From Bigelowiella natans CCMP2755 (taxonomy: Eukaryota; Protista; Cercozoa), in contig ADNK01003456.1 in the NCBI GenBank assembly GCA_000320545.1, positions 1 to 41,588 on the forward strand: a stretch of DNA of 41,588 bases, written 5' to 3'. Shown in pieces: positions 27,113 to 41,367 of the stretch. Every line of letters begins with the position of its first letter. Position 1 is the first letter of the stretch. A model generated the notes under the pieces. The model searched no databases. It was not told the DNA's origin and saw nothing but the letters and a program-made list of their open reading frames with translations. Both the position numbers and the translations under genes were made by a program.

Positions 27113-27639
27113 GTAATGATATTCGTGGACGGCATGATGTGATAATGATGTTGTTTCTGTGGTCTATGTTGTATGCGTTTAATTGATCTCTACGAATTTC
27201 ATCATCATCATCATCATCAGGTTCCTGAGGGAGATGAGCTAATAGATGAAGACTGTAATAATAAATAAATGATAATGATGATGTTACGCTATTAGTTGAT
27301 ATTGTGATTAAATCACTACCTTCTTTCCTTCATTGAGCCTAAGAAGCATTAAAACTCAATAATAATGACTCTAGTTCCTCCTTCCTAGTCGTTCGTCTTC
27401 TTCTTTAAAATGATATCAATCTATTTTTCTTAAGACGAGGAGATAGATTGAGAGTATTTTCAATATGATCGTGAGCACAACGATTCATCGTTTATACAAT
27501 ATGTTGCGTTGCTATTTGCCTGTTATTTTATTAATTAAGGGCTTGGCCCTTTGAATAGTTCCATGGTATTCTCATCTTTATGCTCTTTCTGTGCAGTCAA
27601 CGAATTACTGATTGCTTTTTCACTCTTCGTACGTGTATT

Positions 27640-27674
<35 letters not shown>

Positions 27675-28576
27675 AATATCAATATGTCATCAGGCGAGGT
27701 TTATGGTCACGAGCGTCGATTGATGGGAGGTGTTATATTTTGACCACTTTTAATACTTGTATCAACCAAATAATACCCGTTTGAACAGAAAATATTGCAT
27801 GATTGCAATATGAAACTAAAGTATTAGTGATAGCTTAGTTTTCTTCTCGTTTTTCTTTCTGTTTTGTCCTTTTCTTCTTCTTCTTCTTCTTCTTCTTCTT
27901 CTTGTTGTTGTTGTTTATATGCATCATCATTATTCAACCTCAATATCAACTCGCACTTATCATTACTTACTACCATTTGATAAAAACCGTTGGGGTACTA
28001 CATCTACTACTACTACTACTACTACTAATAATAATAATCTTAAAATCATATTCATTCTTTACTCTTCCTACCCTTGCGTAATAAAAACTGATTGTGTTGC
28101 TTATTATTCGGATTATTATTTATTTATTATTATGATTCTCTAGGAGGCAGCAAGGATGATGACTACTATGACGACAACACTACTCGTCGCCCACCAGGTA
28201 ATACTACTACTACAAAGTATCATCATTTATCATCTACGTTTGTTTGCATTCTTCTCCTTTATCTGTCGTGGTTATGCGTATTGGTTGTTTTCTGTATGAT
28301 TTTTAGCCAAGGCAACTAGTTCCTCTGGTAGCCTAAGCACCCCTTTGATGGGGGAGGAGGAGGAGAAAGAGCCAATGAATAAAGATGATTATGATGATCG
28401 TCATTTGTTACGGTAGGTAGTTGTGTTGTCGTGGTTATTTGATATTATTGTCATTCTTAAACATTCTCTGTTGGTTGGTAGACGAATATTTATTTATTAT
28501 TCTTCTACGTGTATTATGATAAAAAACAGGGATAATAACAACGCTGAGAATCGAAGGGGATCCATCAATGACAGCT
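19463..28576 (+). CDS. Amino acid transporter (amino acid/auxin permease, Aa_trans family), at least 27 exons, 3' end unresolved (may extend to about 30.9 kb)
   Basis: GT-AG exons splice in phase: MSSQVATT...GLGSK|TIGKLGSYVLLINNITGPGLVVLPLAFQ|QSGWF...|IPGNEHFQ|GRVEFTYLAKRFL...|GYLNLDDNIVVQ...|FNYSFVITVPSWINEK|RPDV...|VTSIPVFSIIMRYNLLENRIC...FW|SVLMPW...|NFVVPAW, then a hydrophilic loop (exons at about 27220, 27694, 28144, 28307 and 28530). Confidence 0.9.
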
Positions 28577-28730
28577 GTAAGTATTAACTACCCATTATTC
28601 CTCCCCCATCAGAAATGTGTATGATTAGACGTAATGATGATGATAATGATGATGATGTGCCGTATTAAATGCAAAAGTGATCGATGATTCATAATGTATT
28701 GTAAGTGTTACACAAATAATAATACATTTT

Positions 28731-28977
28731 ATTGAAGTTCTGTCTTCTTTACAATGCTGATGTTATTGAACGATTCACCATTGAAGTTCTTTCTTCTTTA
28801 CAATGGTGATGTTATTGAACGATTCACCATTGAAGTTCTTTCTTCTTTACAATGGTGATGTTATTGAACGAATCACCATTGAAGTTCTTTCTTCTTTACA
28901 ATGCTGATGTTATTGAACGATTCACCATTGAAGTTCTTTCTTCTTTACAATGCTGATGTTATTGAACGATTCACCAT
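28731..28977. repeat. Minisatellite, 5 x 49 bp
   Basis: Unit attgaagttctttcttctttacaatg(c/g)tgatgttattgaacgattcacc starts at 28731, 28780, 28829, 28878 and 28927. Copies are near identical with no spacers. Confidence 0.95.
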
Positions 28978-29021
28978 GTTGCCACCCTCAAAGATATCTT
29001 TATATATAATATATTTGTGTA

Positions 29022-29074
<53 letters not shown>

Positions 29075-29376
29075 AGGAAGGGGATGGGAATGGCGAGGTG
29101 GTAAACTTGTCACCATTGTCATCATTGTGGTATATGATAATTCTTGTTGTTGGTCTCTCTTACTTTGAATAATTAGATGATGGTGCTCTTGATCAATCTG
29201 CATCCTCTAACAGTAGTAGTCACCGCAAGTAAGTGCTACAATAAGTGAAAGAAAAGGAGGAGGAGGAGGAGGAGGAGGAGGAGGAGGAGGATAATTGACT
29301 GCATATGAATAATATATGATGTAGGAGGATTTAGAAGTACTACACACACTTTAATATTAGAGAAAATGACGAATGT

Positions 29377-29424
<48 letters not shown>

Positions 29425-29445
29425 AGTGATATCATCATCATCATT

Positions 29446-29477
<32 letters not shown>

Positions 29478-30907
29478 ATGTTTCTAAGTCAGTAGTAGCT
29501 CTATCATCAATCAATCAACAAAACAATCAATCAATCAATAATTCCACCATCTCAACCACAACCATGACCATCACTCCTAACGGCTTCTTATCTCTATCTT
29601 ATTTCTTCTCTCGTTTAACAATCATCTTTCTCCTATAACATAACTACTACCACTACTACTACAGTCAAATAATAATATCTCCCCTCCCCCCCCCCTCTGC
29701 TCTCCATAAAACATTATGATAATAGGTCATCAAGGATGGGAAACATGCAGCAGCAGGTGTGTGTGTGTGTGTGTGTTAATATTGAGTGTTGTACTTTTAT
29801 TTATGCTGTACATTTCTTCATCCATTCCTTGATGGAAGATAGAGAGTCATCATAGTCATCAACAATTGTTTGTTCATTTGGATATCATCATCATTTCTAC
29901 AACAACTCTGCATGGAAATCATCATCATCATCTTTATTGGTGGTTATTAAACTTATCATTATCATTTATCTATTACATTTCTCCCCTTTCTACGATGATC
30001 TCCTTTATCATCTCCTGCTGTGGGACCTCTATCACTGCTACTACTCACATTACTACCTTTTAATACTATTTTGATCATTATTACGTATATTATTATTATT
30101 TAATTATTTTCTTTTTTTGTATAATTGTTATTATTATTAAACTAGAATTTGATAATAATTTGGTGAATGACGACCAACAACTGTATTACTACTCTTTATA
30201 TCTTCCTACAAATTAAACAACTGCTGTGTTTTTTTTATGCGGAGAGGAGGGGGGCTGTTTATGCGGAGAGGAGGGGGGCTGCATTGGGAGTTGATGAAAT
30301 AAAGGGAGGAGAGAGAATTAAATATGGAAAAGAGGAGGATAGCAATGATAATGATAATGAAAGGAGGAGGAGGATAATACTACAATGTGGTGTTGTTGGG
30401 AATGATGATGATATTGATATTGATACCACTGGTGGAAGTAAAGAAAAGAAGGATTCTCCTACTGCTGCTACTACTACTTCAAATAAAATGAGCTCCTCAT
30501 CTTCTAAGAGGAGTTTTTTCTTATCTTCTCCATACTTTACAACGTCTACTACTACTACTACTACTACTAACAAATGGAAGCTGAAAAGAAGAGGAAAGGA
30601 CAGGACAAGGAACGTCGTTGCTACAAACAATATCTAATCTATTGCGAGTAGTAGTAGTAGTAGTAGTAGTAGTAGCAGTAGTGGTGTTGGTGGTGGCAGT
30701 AGCAGGTTTGCTACCAGTGGAGGGGGAGGGGGTAGAAGGAATGAAGTCGTTGTAGTACCACACATTAACCAGTACTGGCAGCATCCTCAGCAGCAGCATA
30801 AGAGAGGACGATCATCACAAGGCAGAAGAGAAAGAAAAGAAGTCTCTTCTATGAAAATGATAATGCATGATTCTGCTCCATTATCAACATCACTTTCTTC
30901 TTCACAC

Positions 30908-30942
<35 letters not shown>

Positions 30943-31073
30943 TGGTTGTAGTAGTAGTGGTAGTCTCGTTATTATTACACCCACAATCACGACCTTTTAT
31001 CCACTAGTGATGCAAAGTTTAATAATGACCGTGTTTTGTTAATGTTGTTCTATTAATTAAATTTTAAAACAAA

Positions 31074-31117
<44 letters not shown>

Positions 31118-32099
31118 AGAATCATCATACACGTCGTTGTCATCAAGTTTGAATTGACGACGGTCTATCGGTCTATCGGTCTATCAGTCTATCGGCGAAA
31201 TTAATTAATAGTTAAAATTTACTTATGTTTTCTCACGTTTGGATTATTCCTCATATTTTATTTTTCTTCTTTTGTGTTTCTTCTTCATTTTCCCTGCAAA
31301 CAACCAAAAGATGAAGTTTGATTCCCTCGTCGTTTCAGAATTATTATGAGTTGTACATCTGACATCACTTTTTCTCATTCAGTAGCGTATCTAAGTCACA
31401 ATGCAATATTGTATCAAAAATTGCAAATTACATAAATGTTATGGAAATAAAGAGCCGAAAGCATATTGAGAAAATATTTTGGTTAGGAATGTTTTGAGGC
31501 ACTTCCTGGATGGAGAGATTCCTCGGTGATATGATCAAACAAACTGCTGTCGCATTGAAAGGGATTCATTTCTCGAAGTTTCCGTTCTTATCCCTCCTCC
31601 TCGGTTTCATTTATTAAGATTTCACGTAGTAGTAAATCTTATATCTTCTAGATGTACTGTGCTATTTAATTTCTCTTTCCTAACTGATTTTGATCACTAA
31701 TTATGTGGCATTAGATTGTGTATCTTTCTGCCTTCATTTGTGGAAGTACTATTTTGATGACCATTTACGCCGCGGTAATTGTAGTGAACATTTATGATAG
31801 ATTGATACAAATATCATTCCTATGATGCTCATGAAGCTATGATGCAATAAGAAAATAAAGAATTACTTTCTAATGATGATTGACAGACGACTGTGTAAAT
31901 TACAACATATGATTAGATATCTGAGATGGCAAAGGAAGCTGGCTCTCCGCTAGTATAATTTTTAAGACATCATCGAATCGCCTCTGTAATATATTAACAG
32001 TGGTTTGATAATTGAAAGATGATGATAATTGTGAGTGCGAGGAATGCTTGCATCAGGGAGCGACCAAGTAGCTGAAGCCATGCTAGAATTTCTTCGTTT

Positions 32100-33480
32100 C
32101 AGATTTTTTTCTATTGCAATCAATGACTCGAGTGTTGTGCTTCCGCCGCTTGCATGCAGGCCCCGTCGAGTGCACATACATTTAATGACTTCCTTGTAGG
32201 CACAATCCCTTACTCTTATGCCAAAAGAATAACTTTGCACCCTGATCCATGGGCGCGCGAACACAATTTTCAGTGAACAGCATTGCAATGCATGCAATTA
32301 TTGAAAGACTTCAATGTTACGCAAGTAATCGTCATGTTGCATAACACTAGAGCATTGCAAACACGGAGTAAAAATTGAAACAGCCATAGCGATCAAGCAG
32401 CACGTCGCCAATGCTGGAATGAGCGCAGCAGAGGCAAAGCAAAGTCCAGACAGCTTTAAGCGTTCATGCATTTTGCTTTGCAGCGTAGCCATGCTAGCAT
32501 GCATGCCAGCATGATTCATGGTGCGATGTGCGTGAGACGCGGCGGACATGCAATCAATCAAATTGAATTTGTTCGATGATCATCCTCACATTTGTAGCTG
32601 TGCAATGCAGCGGCAACAGCGGTGATGTTGCAAACCTGCTGGTTGTAAACTGGTCTCCGCCATGATGTGTTTTGTGCAATCAAATGCATGTTGTTTCGAG
32701 CGTGGCATGCAGCACACATGCGCATCGCAAAAATGAATTCACGCAACACACACCAGCATGCTAGCTAGCATGGAACGCATGAAATTGATGGCTGTCTGAC
32801 ACGCACATGTTGGCATGTCACACATCACAAACACCGTCGGAGTGTTGCCCCGTCTGGCCGTGGACAATGCTGAAAAGCACTGGAGCAGGTCCAGAGGTGG
32901 ATGCAACGTGCAGCACGTGTTGCACTCATCATGAAAGACATGGACCTTCTCCTGCGATGGGACGCACATGGACATTGTCAATGTGGACTGTGGAACCAAT
33001 TGACTGCAATTGGTGACTGCGATCATGGATCGCAGTGACGACGCCAAACGACTGACAACGTGCAGCTCCAAGCTGGAAGGAAAACACGCACAGGACTGCA
33101 CGCACTGCGCGACATCATCGCGACCTCACATGCTTTCCAGCAAAATCGGCGTGCAAGCAAAATCGGTTTTTTGACATTGCAAAAACGGATTTTGCATGTC
33201 CAAAATCGTACATCGATGTTTTGACCAATCACCGATTTTCACCGATTTTTCGTGCAAAAAAGAAGTTTTTGACCGACACGTGCATGTGCGTGAAAATGCC
33301 CTGCACAAGCCGGGTCTGAAAGGCTAGAAGGGGCGACTCCGACGTGTAGAGTCATCAAACCCGCACAAATGGGGTTGCGTGTCCCCACAAGCAAACAACA
33401 CACAAACTGACCACGTCCACCACGTCTGCTCTCCACGCCAAAAAACAAGGGTGGAAAGAAGCGGAAGTGGTGGACATAGT
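32100..33480. mobile_element. Degenerate repeat/transposon-derived island, TpA-depleted
   Basis: Abrupt loss of microsatellites and higher GC. Clustered caaaatcg / cgatttt motifs in both orientations (33140-33250) resemble DNA-transposon subterminal repeats. Only 6 TpA in 32701-33480. Confidence 0.45.
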
Positions 33481-33492
33481 GTTTCTTTGGTT

Positions 33493-35465
<1,973 letters not shown>

Positions 35466-35795
35466 ATTTGTTTCTTTAATCTTGTTCCTCTTTTATCTTC
35501 TTCTTCTTGATGGTGGTGGTGGTGATGATAATGGGTGTTCCGTTGGGGGGTCGCATCATAATCCTTGTGATGACTGCCTGTCCATCATCCTTGTGATGAC
35601 TGCCTGTCCATATTCTATGGTCATTTACCCGAAGTACTGTCAGTCACTGAGACAGTGAGTCATTATTGTTGTAGTAGATGTTGTCTCATAATGGATATTA
35701 TTGCGAAAGTAGTTTTGAAATTTTAGGGATAATATTTCCATGAATTTCTAGACTTTGAGACTAACAGGAGGCTGAGATTCTTAAAGGTGTGTGAA

Positions 35796-35835
<40 letters not shown>

Positions 35836-36114
35836 AGGTTGTTGATTCATTTATTTTTTTTCTCAGTTATGCATCCTAGAAAAAATAAACTAACTTAAGA
35901 ACATTCAATTCTATTCTTTTCCTCTTATTTTTATTGTCGCATGTTGTTTTTGGATTTCATTTAACTTAAACACAATATTACAAGGACGACCAAAGAAGAC
36001 CTTCTTTGTATGTGGGGAGGAGGAAGGGGAGGAGGAGGAATCCTTCACATATGTGTGGAATATTCTTTTAGAAAGTCTTACATGTTTGTTCCCACTAAAA
36101 TAGATCGTAAAGCT

Positions 36115-37031
36115 ATGTCTAAGCCGCATGGATGTAACCATCATGGACAATGCAGTTGCGCGTGGGAGGCAAAAGAGAAGGACATTGATCATGGCGGTAC
36201 TCTCTACCCGTTTATAGACAGAGATAAAGGTACTGCTGCTGCTGCTGCTGCTGCTGATGCTTCCAAGCCCCTTTTAGCCCTTCTGAACTATCTATTGAAA
36301 TAAGAAGTAAAATGTCATATTAACAATACCCATTCCTCTTCCTCCTCCTCCTCCTCTTCTACACCCATACACTGGTACATAACAATAAGGTCCATGTACA
36401 TACATTAATAAATTTGTTGTTACAAATAAGCTGCATTTGTTCTACCAACTGAGATGAACCATCTATCTCAAAAATGATGTTCCTTATTCTCCTCGTTCGT
36501 AGTAATGGGCTTGAATGAAAGCAAAAACGGTTCTGCTAAGAACGTTATTAAGGCCTGGGACGATCGCAAAGATTCCGAACAGGTATTATCGTTATTATTT
36601 ATTATCATTACTATTATAATTATTATTATTAGAAGTAGTAGTAGTAGCGCACGCTGAAGAAATAAACAGCTATTATTATTACTTCTCTCCTCCGTGAGAC
36701 TATCTATTCTATCTATCCCCATTCCATCCATCTTTACCATTCTTGTAATACCGTTTATTAACATTTTTGGTATTATTGTCTCTCTCTCTCTTCTTGTTCC
36801 TCTTCTTCCAATCCTCTATTTTCAGGTTGTGCGCTCAGTTGATGGAGACGGGGAACTGATCATACACATTCCATTCACTGTCCAAGTACTTCATATCATC
36901 ATGATCATGCCACTTAAGCAGCTTCTTACTGTTTCTGATTCTCAAATATATGATTATCATATATTTCTCCCCGATGCATACATCCATGCGCCCACGTACA
37001 TAAACACCTTGTATATATGTGACATGTGTAC

Positions 37032-37065
<34 letters not shown>

Positions 37066-37772
37066 AATAATTGGATACCGATATGATATAAATAACTTGC
37101 AATTGGTTATTTGCACACAAGGTGAAGTTGAAATCGTTCACAGTGATCGGAGGGGGTGAAGGAAGCGCACCGAATTGTGTGAAACTATATAAGAATCGAG
37201 ATGATATTGATTTCGAATCGGCTGAGGACGTTGAACCAGATCAGGAATTTAATCTTGTCTACGACTCTGATGGATCCGTACAGTATCCTGTCCGGATATC
37301 CAAGTTTCAGAACGCATCTAGTATTACTATGTTCTTTACAGGAAATTTTGAAGATGACACAACACAAATAAATTACCTTGGCCTCAAAGGAGAAGTAAGT
37401 CCCCTCCAATTAGAAATATACAAAATATAGACACGACGACACCAATTAGTGTGGTTTAGATGGTGTGGTACAGAATAAATAATGTGATATGCTCTTCTTT
37501 GTTCCTTCTTCACTTAGGGAACGCAAAACAAACGATCGATTGTTATTGCTACATATGAAGCAAGAGCTTTAGAGGTGAGGAGAAGGAGGAGGAGGAGGAT
37601 TGCTGCACACACACACACACACACACAAACAAAAGAAGCAATATCCCAGCTACAGCAGCAGCAGCAGCAGCAGCAGTATGTTTTGAGGGTATTTATTATG
37701 TGAATTCTATTCTATAATCAGTCGGATCACAAGAGCATTACTGATCAACATGTGTCAAAGAGCATACAGTGA
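36115..37772 (+). CDS. PITHD1: PITH domain-containing protein 1 homologue, 6 exons
   Basis: MSKPHGCNHHGQCSC...GTLYPFIDRDK|VMGLNESKNGSAKNVIKAWDDR...|VVRSVDGDGELIIHIPFTVQ|VKLKSFTVIGG...KLYKNRDDIDFE...YPVRISKFQNASSITMFF...TQINYLGLKGE|GTQNKRSIVIATYEARALE|SDHKSITDQHVSKSIQ*. All junctions are GT-AG and in phase. Confidence 0.92.
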
Positions 37773-38029
37773 CCCATCTAGAAGTTCTTTAGGGTGCTGC
37801 TTTTGCTTGTGAGTACCATAATTATCTATTGTTCCTTTGTGCATTTGTAGATCTATTCCATAATAACAATGTTTCTACCAAAGAAAACAAAAACAGTATT
37901 TATTTAGATATTAGTATCACATATCCGTTCGTACAATTGTACGTCCTCTATGAGTATACGAGTGGTCATACGATCCGTGTGTGGCACCAAGGTTACAGCA
38001 TGGCATGCATACATATACAATCGTGACCG

Positions 38030-39000
38030 ATATTTATAGGCTAATTCTAGCACATTTAGCTGCTGTGTGTAGCTAGTTCCTACCGCTATCCATCTATGTA
38101 GGAGAGCATCGCAACTAGCCAGCCCCGCGAGTACTCATACTAGAGTATCCAGCATGTCTCTCTAGCTCTTCTCAATCCGCCACTTATTCATCATTTCGCG
38201 GCCCATGTCTCTAGATCTGGCCACATCTTAACATGATTGACCGGTCGTCGACCTAGCGAGCGCATTCACTACTACTAGCTAGCTAGACTACTAGACGCTA
38301 GTGCAGCCGATGATTCCTTTGCTAGTTTGGCAAAAATTGAATGGCAATGCTCAATGCTAGAATGCTAAGAATGCACAAAGTGCTAGCTAGCTAGCTAGCT
38401 AGAGTGTACATGATCGCAATGTGAATCGCACACATCGTGATGCAACATAGCTAGCTAGCAACCGTAGATGCGCAAGCTAGCAAGAATGTAAGCTAGCTAG
38501 CTACGCTAGACAGATCTTGCATAGCTAGCTAGCTAGCTAGCGCTAGTTAGCTAGAGATGCTGAGCTTGCTAGATTGTTGCATGCTTGCGCCGTGTTATAT
38601 TTGACGCATGCATGCATGCAGCAACGACGTACAGCGCAGCAGGTGACTCGATCTAGCCAAATTGTGGCTGAGGCGGGCGTGCTGCTAGCGTGGGCCAGGT
38701 GGTGTCTACGACAGAATGCATAGGTTATAAAGTGTGTGACAGACGGCAAGAATACTAGAATAGGCGTGGCGTCTAGTGGAGCAGATTGATACGATTAGGC
38801 TATGAGACAAACGGCTCATTGCGTATAAGCTGAGGCTACTAGGACCACAATCACTGCATGCCATGACCGAGCATTTATTTACCAGTAAGGATGTGAACAT
38901 CTAGATGTGCTGCCTTAATGTTGCGACACAAGTGCTGCTAATAATAATAATAATAACAAAGTGCTGCTGTAAACGCACTAGCTAGCTAGCGCATGATGCC
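38030..39000. mobile_element. Highly degenerate repeat-derived island saturated with CTAG/GCTAGC
   Basis: About 40 CTAG in about 960 bp between two convergent gene ends. A weak remnant frame (about 38740-38900, ...DKRLIAYKLRLLG...) and a (TAA)n run at 38939-38956 hint at a LINE 3' end. Confidence 0.35.
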
Positions 39001-39337
39001 TGGTAATAGACACTCTGACATATACACTACTTCTGAACTTCATTTTGGTTCATTTTGAGGCCAGACATGCACAATTTATATATGATATATGATACTTTAT
39101 GAAACGATAGGTCATCATGACGTTGAATTTATTGATCTATTCACACTGCAACGACCACTTTATCGATAACACGTAAGAATACGATGACTGTCAATATACT
39201 GCTGCTTAACTCCGAACACAACTATCTATCTATTATCATCCTAATTTGGTCACGATGATGATATATAATTTTTGGGTTTTTGCCTGATGATTCTTGTGTA
39301 ATGCTACTACTACTACTACTACTACTACTACTCTTTT

Positions 39338-39796
39338 CTACTCAACGAGTGAGCTATCCGTTATTGCTCTTACGTTAGAAGCAGGTTCATCCAATGAATT
39401 GAAATAGAACACCTCTGTGATATATTAATAAAAGTAAACATCCAATCATCACCAGCATACCACCACCATCAGTATTCACTTCTCATGTCAAAAAGAATCT
39501 AGGAATCTAAAATTGGTGTATCATGCAAGCCTTAAATTGTTATCAATCAATCAATCAATCAACCATCTTTGCTTTTAAAATGACGAAGTAGCTTTGAAAG
39601 TTGATAGTGATAATGATAATGATGATGGTAATGTCTTTGTGTATTTTCTTATTATTTGTTGGAACAATCAATCAATCGATCAATCAATCAATTATCTACC
39701 CGCTGGTGGCAATCTCTTCGTAAATTTACCGGTGCCTGCAGGGTATCCTGGCGATGATAGTAGAGATGATGACGATAATGATGATGATGGTGATGG

Positions 39797-39827
<31 letters not shown>

Positions 39828-39948
39828 AGTAGAGATGATGATGATGATGATAGTAAAGATGATGATGATGGTGATGATAATGATAATGATAATGATGATG
39901 ATGATGGTAATTGAAGAGCAACATTCGTGGAACATAAATACTACTACC

Positions 39949-39982
<34 letters not shown>

Positions 39983-40894
39983 ATGCTATACCACCGCAAC
40001 ACGGTAGTACCACTACTACCTGTTGGTATCACAAGCGGGATGGTGTATCTTCCCTCAGGAATACCCAGGATCTAAAGGGGGGTAGTAGTAATTCGTATTA
40101 TTTATTGTAACATAACAACAGGAGAATCATAATATGCATCACCTGTTAGTGATGGTGGTGATGGTAACAGTGATGAGGATAGATGATGATGATGAACACC
40201 ACCATGAGGAGGAGGAGGAGGAGGAGGAGGAGGAGGATGATGATAAGGGGGATCACCATCATCAGCATCATCTTCTTCATTATCACCATCATTATCATTA
40301 TCATCATCATCATCTTGATCATTATCACCATCACCATCTTCATCATTATCATCATTCGTTATAACCCACAAACTCTAGCTAGCTAGTACTTAGCAGCAGC
40401 ACAGTAAAGTCTTGAAACGTATAATGTAGCATTGTTGTGGGTTAGCACCACTCCTCTTCTTCCTCCTCCTCCTCCTCTTACCTTAAGTATCACATCCTCA
40501 TTGAAACCCTCCATAGGAGCGGTGGCAAGTCCAAGAGCTGTAGTAATAGGATTGCATCAGAAGAAGAAGAACAACAAGAGAACAAGTACGTGTTGTTGAT
40601 GTTGATGTTGTTGTTGTTTTGAGAAAGAAGAGGAAGAAGAAAGTGAATCAGAGTAAAGAGGAGGGGGGGGGGGAAGGAGATTCTAAGGAAGATCAATTTG
40701 TCTAGGCCATACATGGTCTCCCCCCTTCTCCTTCCCTCCCTCCCTCCCTCAATCCTTGCTTCTTTTCTACTCCTCCCTTACTTACACGTTGCAGCAAGAA
40801 GGTAGAAAGATACCGCAATCATTGTGTTTTTAAGTCTGATGTTGTAGACATTATTAGGATAATAGGTAATTTAGTAAATAATGCATCGTTCATA

Positions 40895-40926
<32 letters not shown>

Positions 40927-41056
40927 GTATCTCGTTATCTTAGAGTTGTTTGTTTGTTGTACGTACGCCCATTCTTTTGGTGAGTTGATCTTTTCCCCAA
41001 AGAAACGAATGTATCTGATATCATCACATGTTACATATTAGTTCATAATCGTAACA

Positions 41057-41091
<35 letters not shown>

Positions 41092-41271
41092 TAATAATTA
41101 TAATAAGCACTATTTTTAACACTTTACAACTTCTCTCTCTTTCTCTCGCTCGTTTCTTTCTTTCTCTCCCTCTCTTGCTGTTTCTCTTTTATCTTCTTCT
41201 TATTATTATTACATTTTTGGCTCTTACCTAGGAATCTCTGATTGAAGCTCTTCGGGCTTAATACGTTCCAA
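39338..41271 (-). CDS. Nitroreductase family (FMN-dependent NAD(P)H oxidoreductase), 3' portion; 5' exons unresolved or beyond the window
   Basis: In-phase exons: LERIKPEELQSEIP|RYIRFFGEKINSPKEW|ALKNTMIAVSFYLLAAT|SLGLATAPMEGFNEDVILK|ILGIPEGRYTIPLVIPT|GYPAGTGKFTKRLPPA|EVFYFNSLDEP...VE*. The LAA..LGL.T.PMEGF...LGIP...GYP...R pattern is the nitroreductase C-terminal signature. Confidence 0.88.
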
Positions 41272-41336
41272 CTAAAAGTGAGTGAGTTCAGTGAGTGAGT
41301 GAGTAGATCAAGGAGTACAGTGAAAAATAATAATAA

Positions 41337-41367
<31 letters not shown>

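Noticed and set aside
27434-27722. Apparent in-frame TGA read-through (YEEID*EYFQYD) in the permease, suggesting recoding
   Set aside because: A stop-free route exists through exon 27694-27729 (CEVYGHERRLMG), and TGA is the normal stop of the PITH gene.
28731-28977. CRISPR-like array
   Set aside because: Units are contiguous with no unique spacers, the context is a eukaryotic intron, and no cas genes are present.
35911-36192. Minus-strand ORF resembling a targeting peptide
   Set aside because: It overlaps PITHD1 exon 1 antisense and has no splice link to the 7TM gene, which has its own start at 35465.
39594-40386. Poly-Asp/His/Met/Ile ORFs
   Set aside because: These are (GAT)n microsatellites inside nitroreductase introns.
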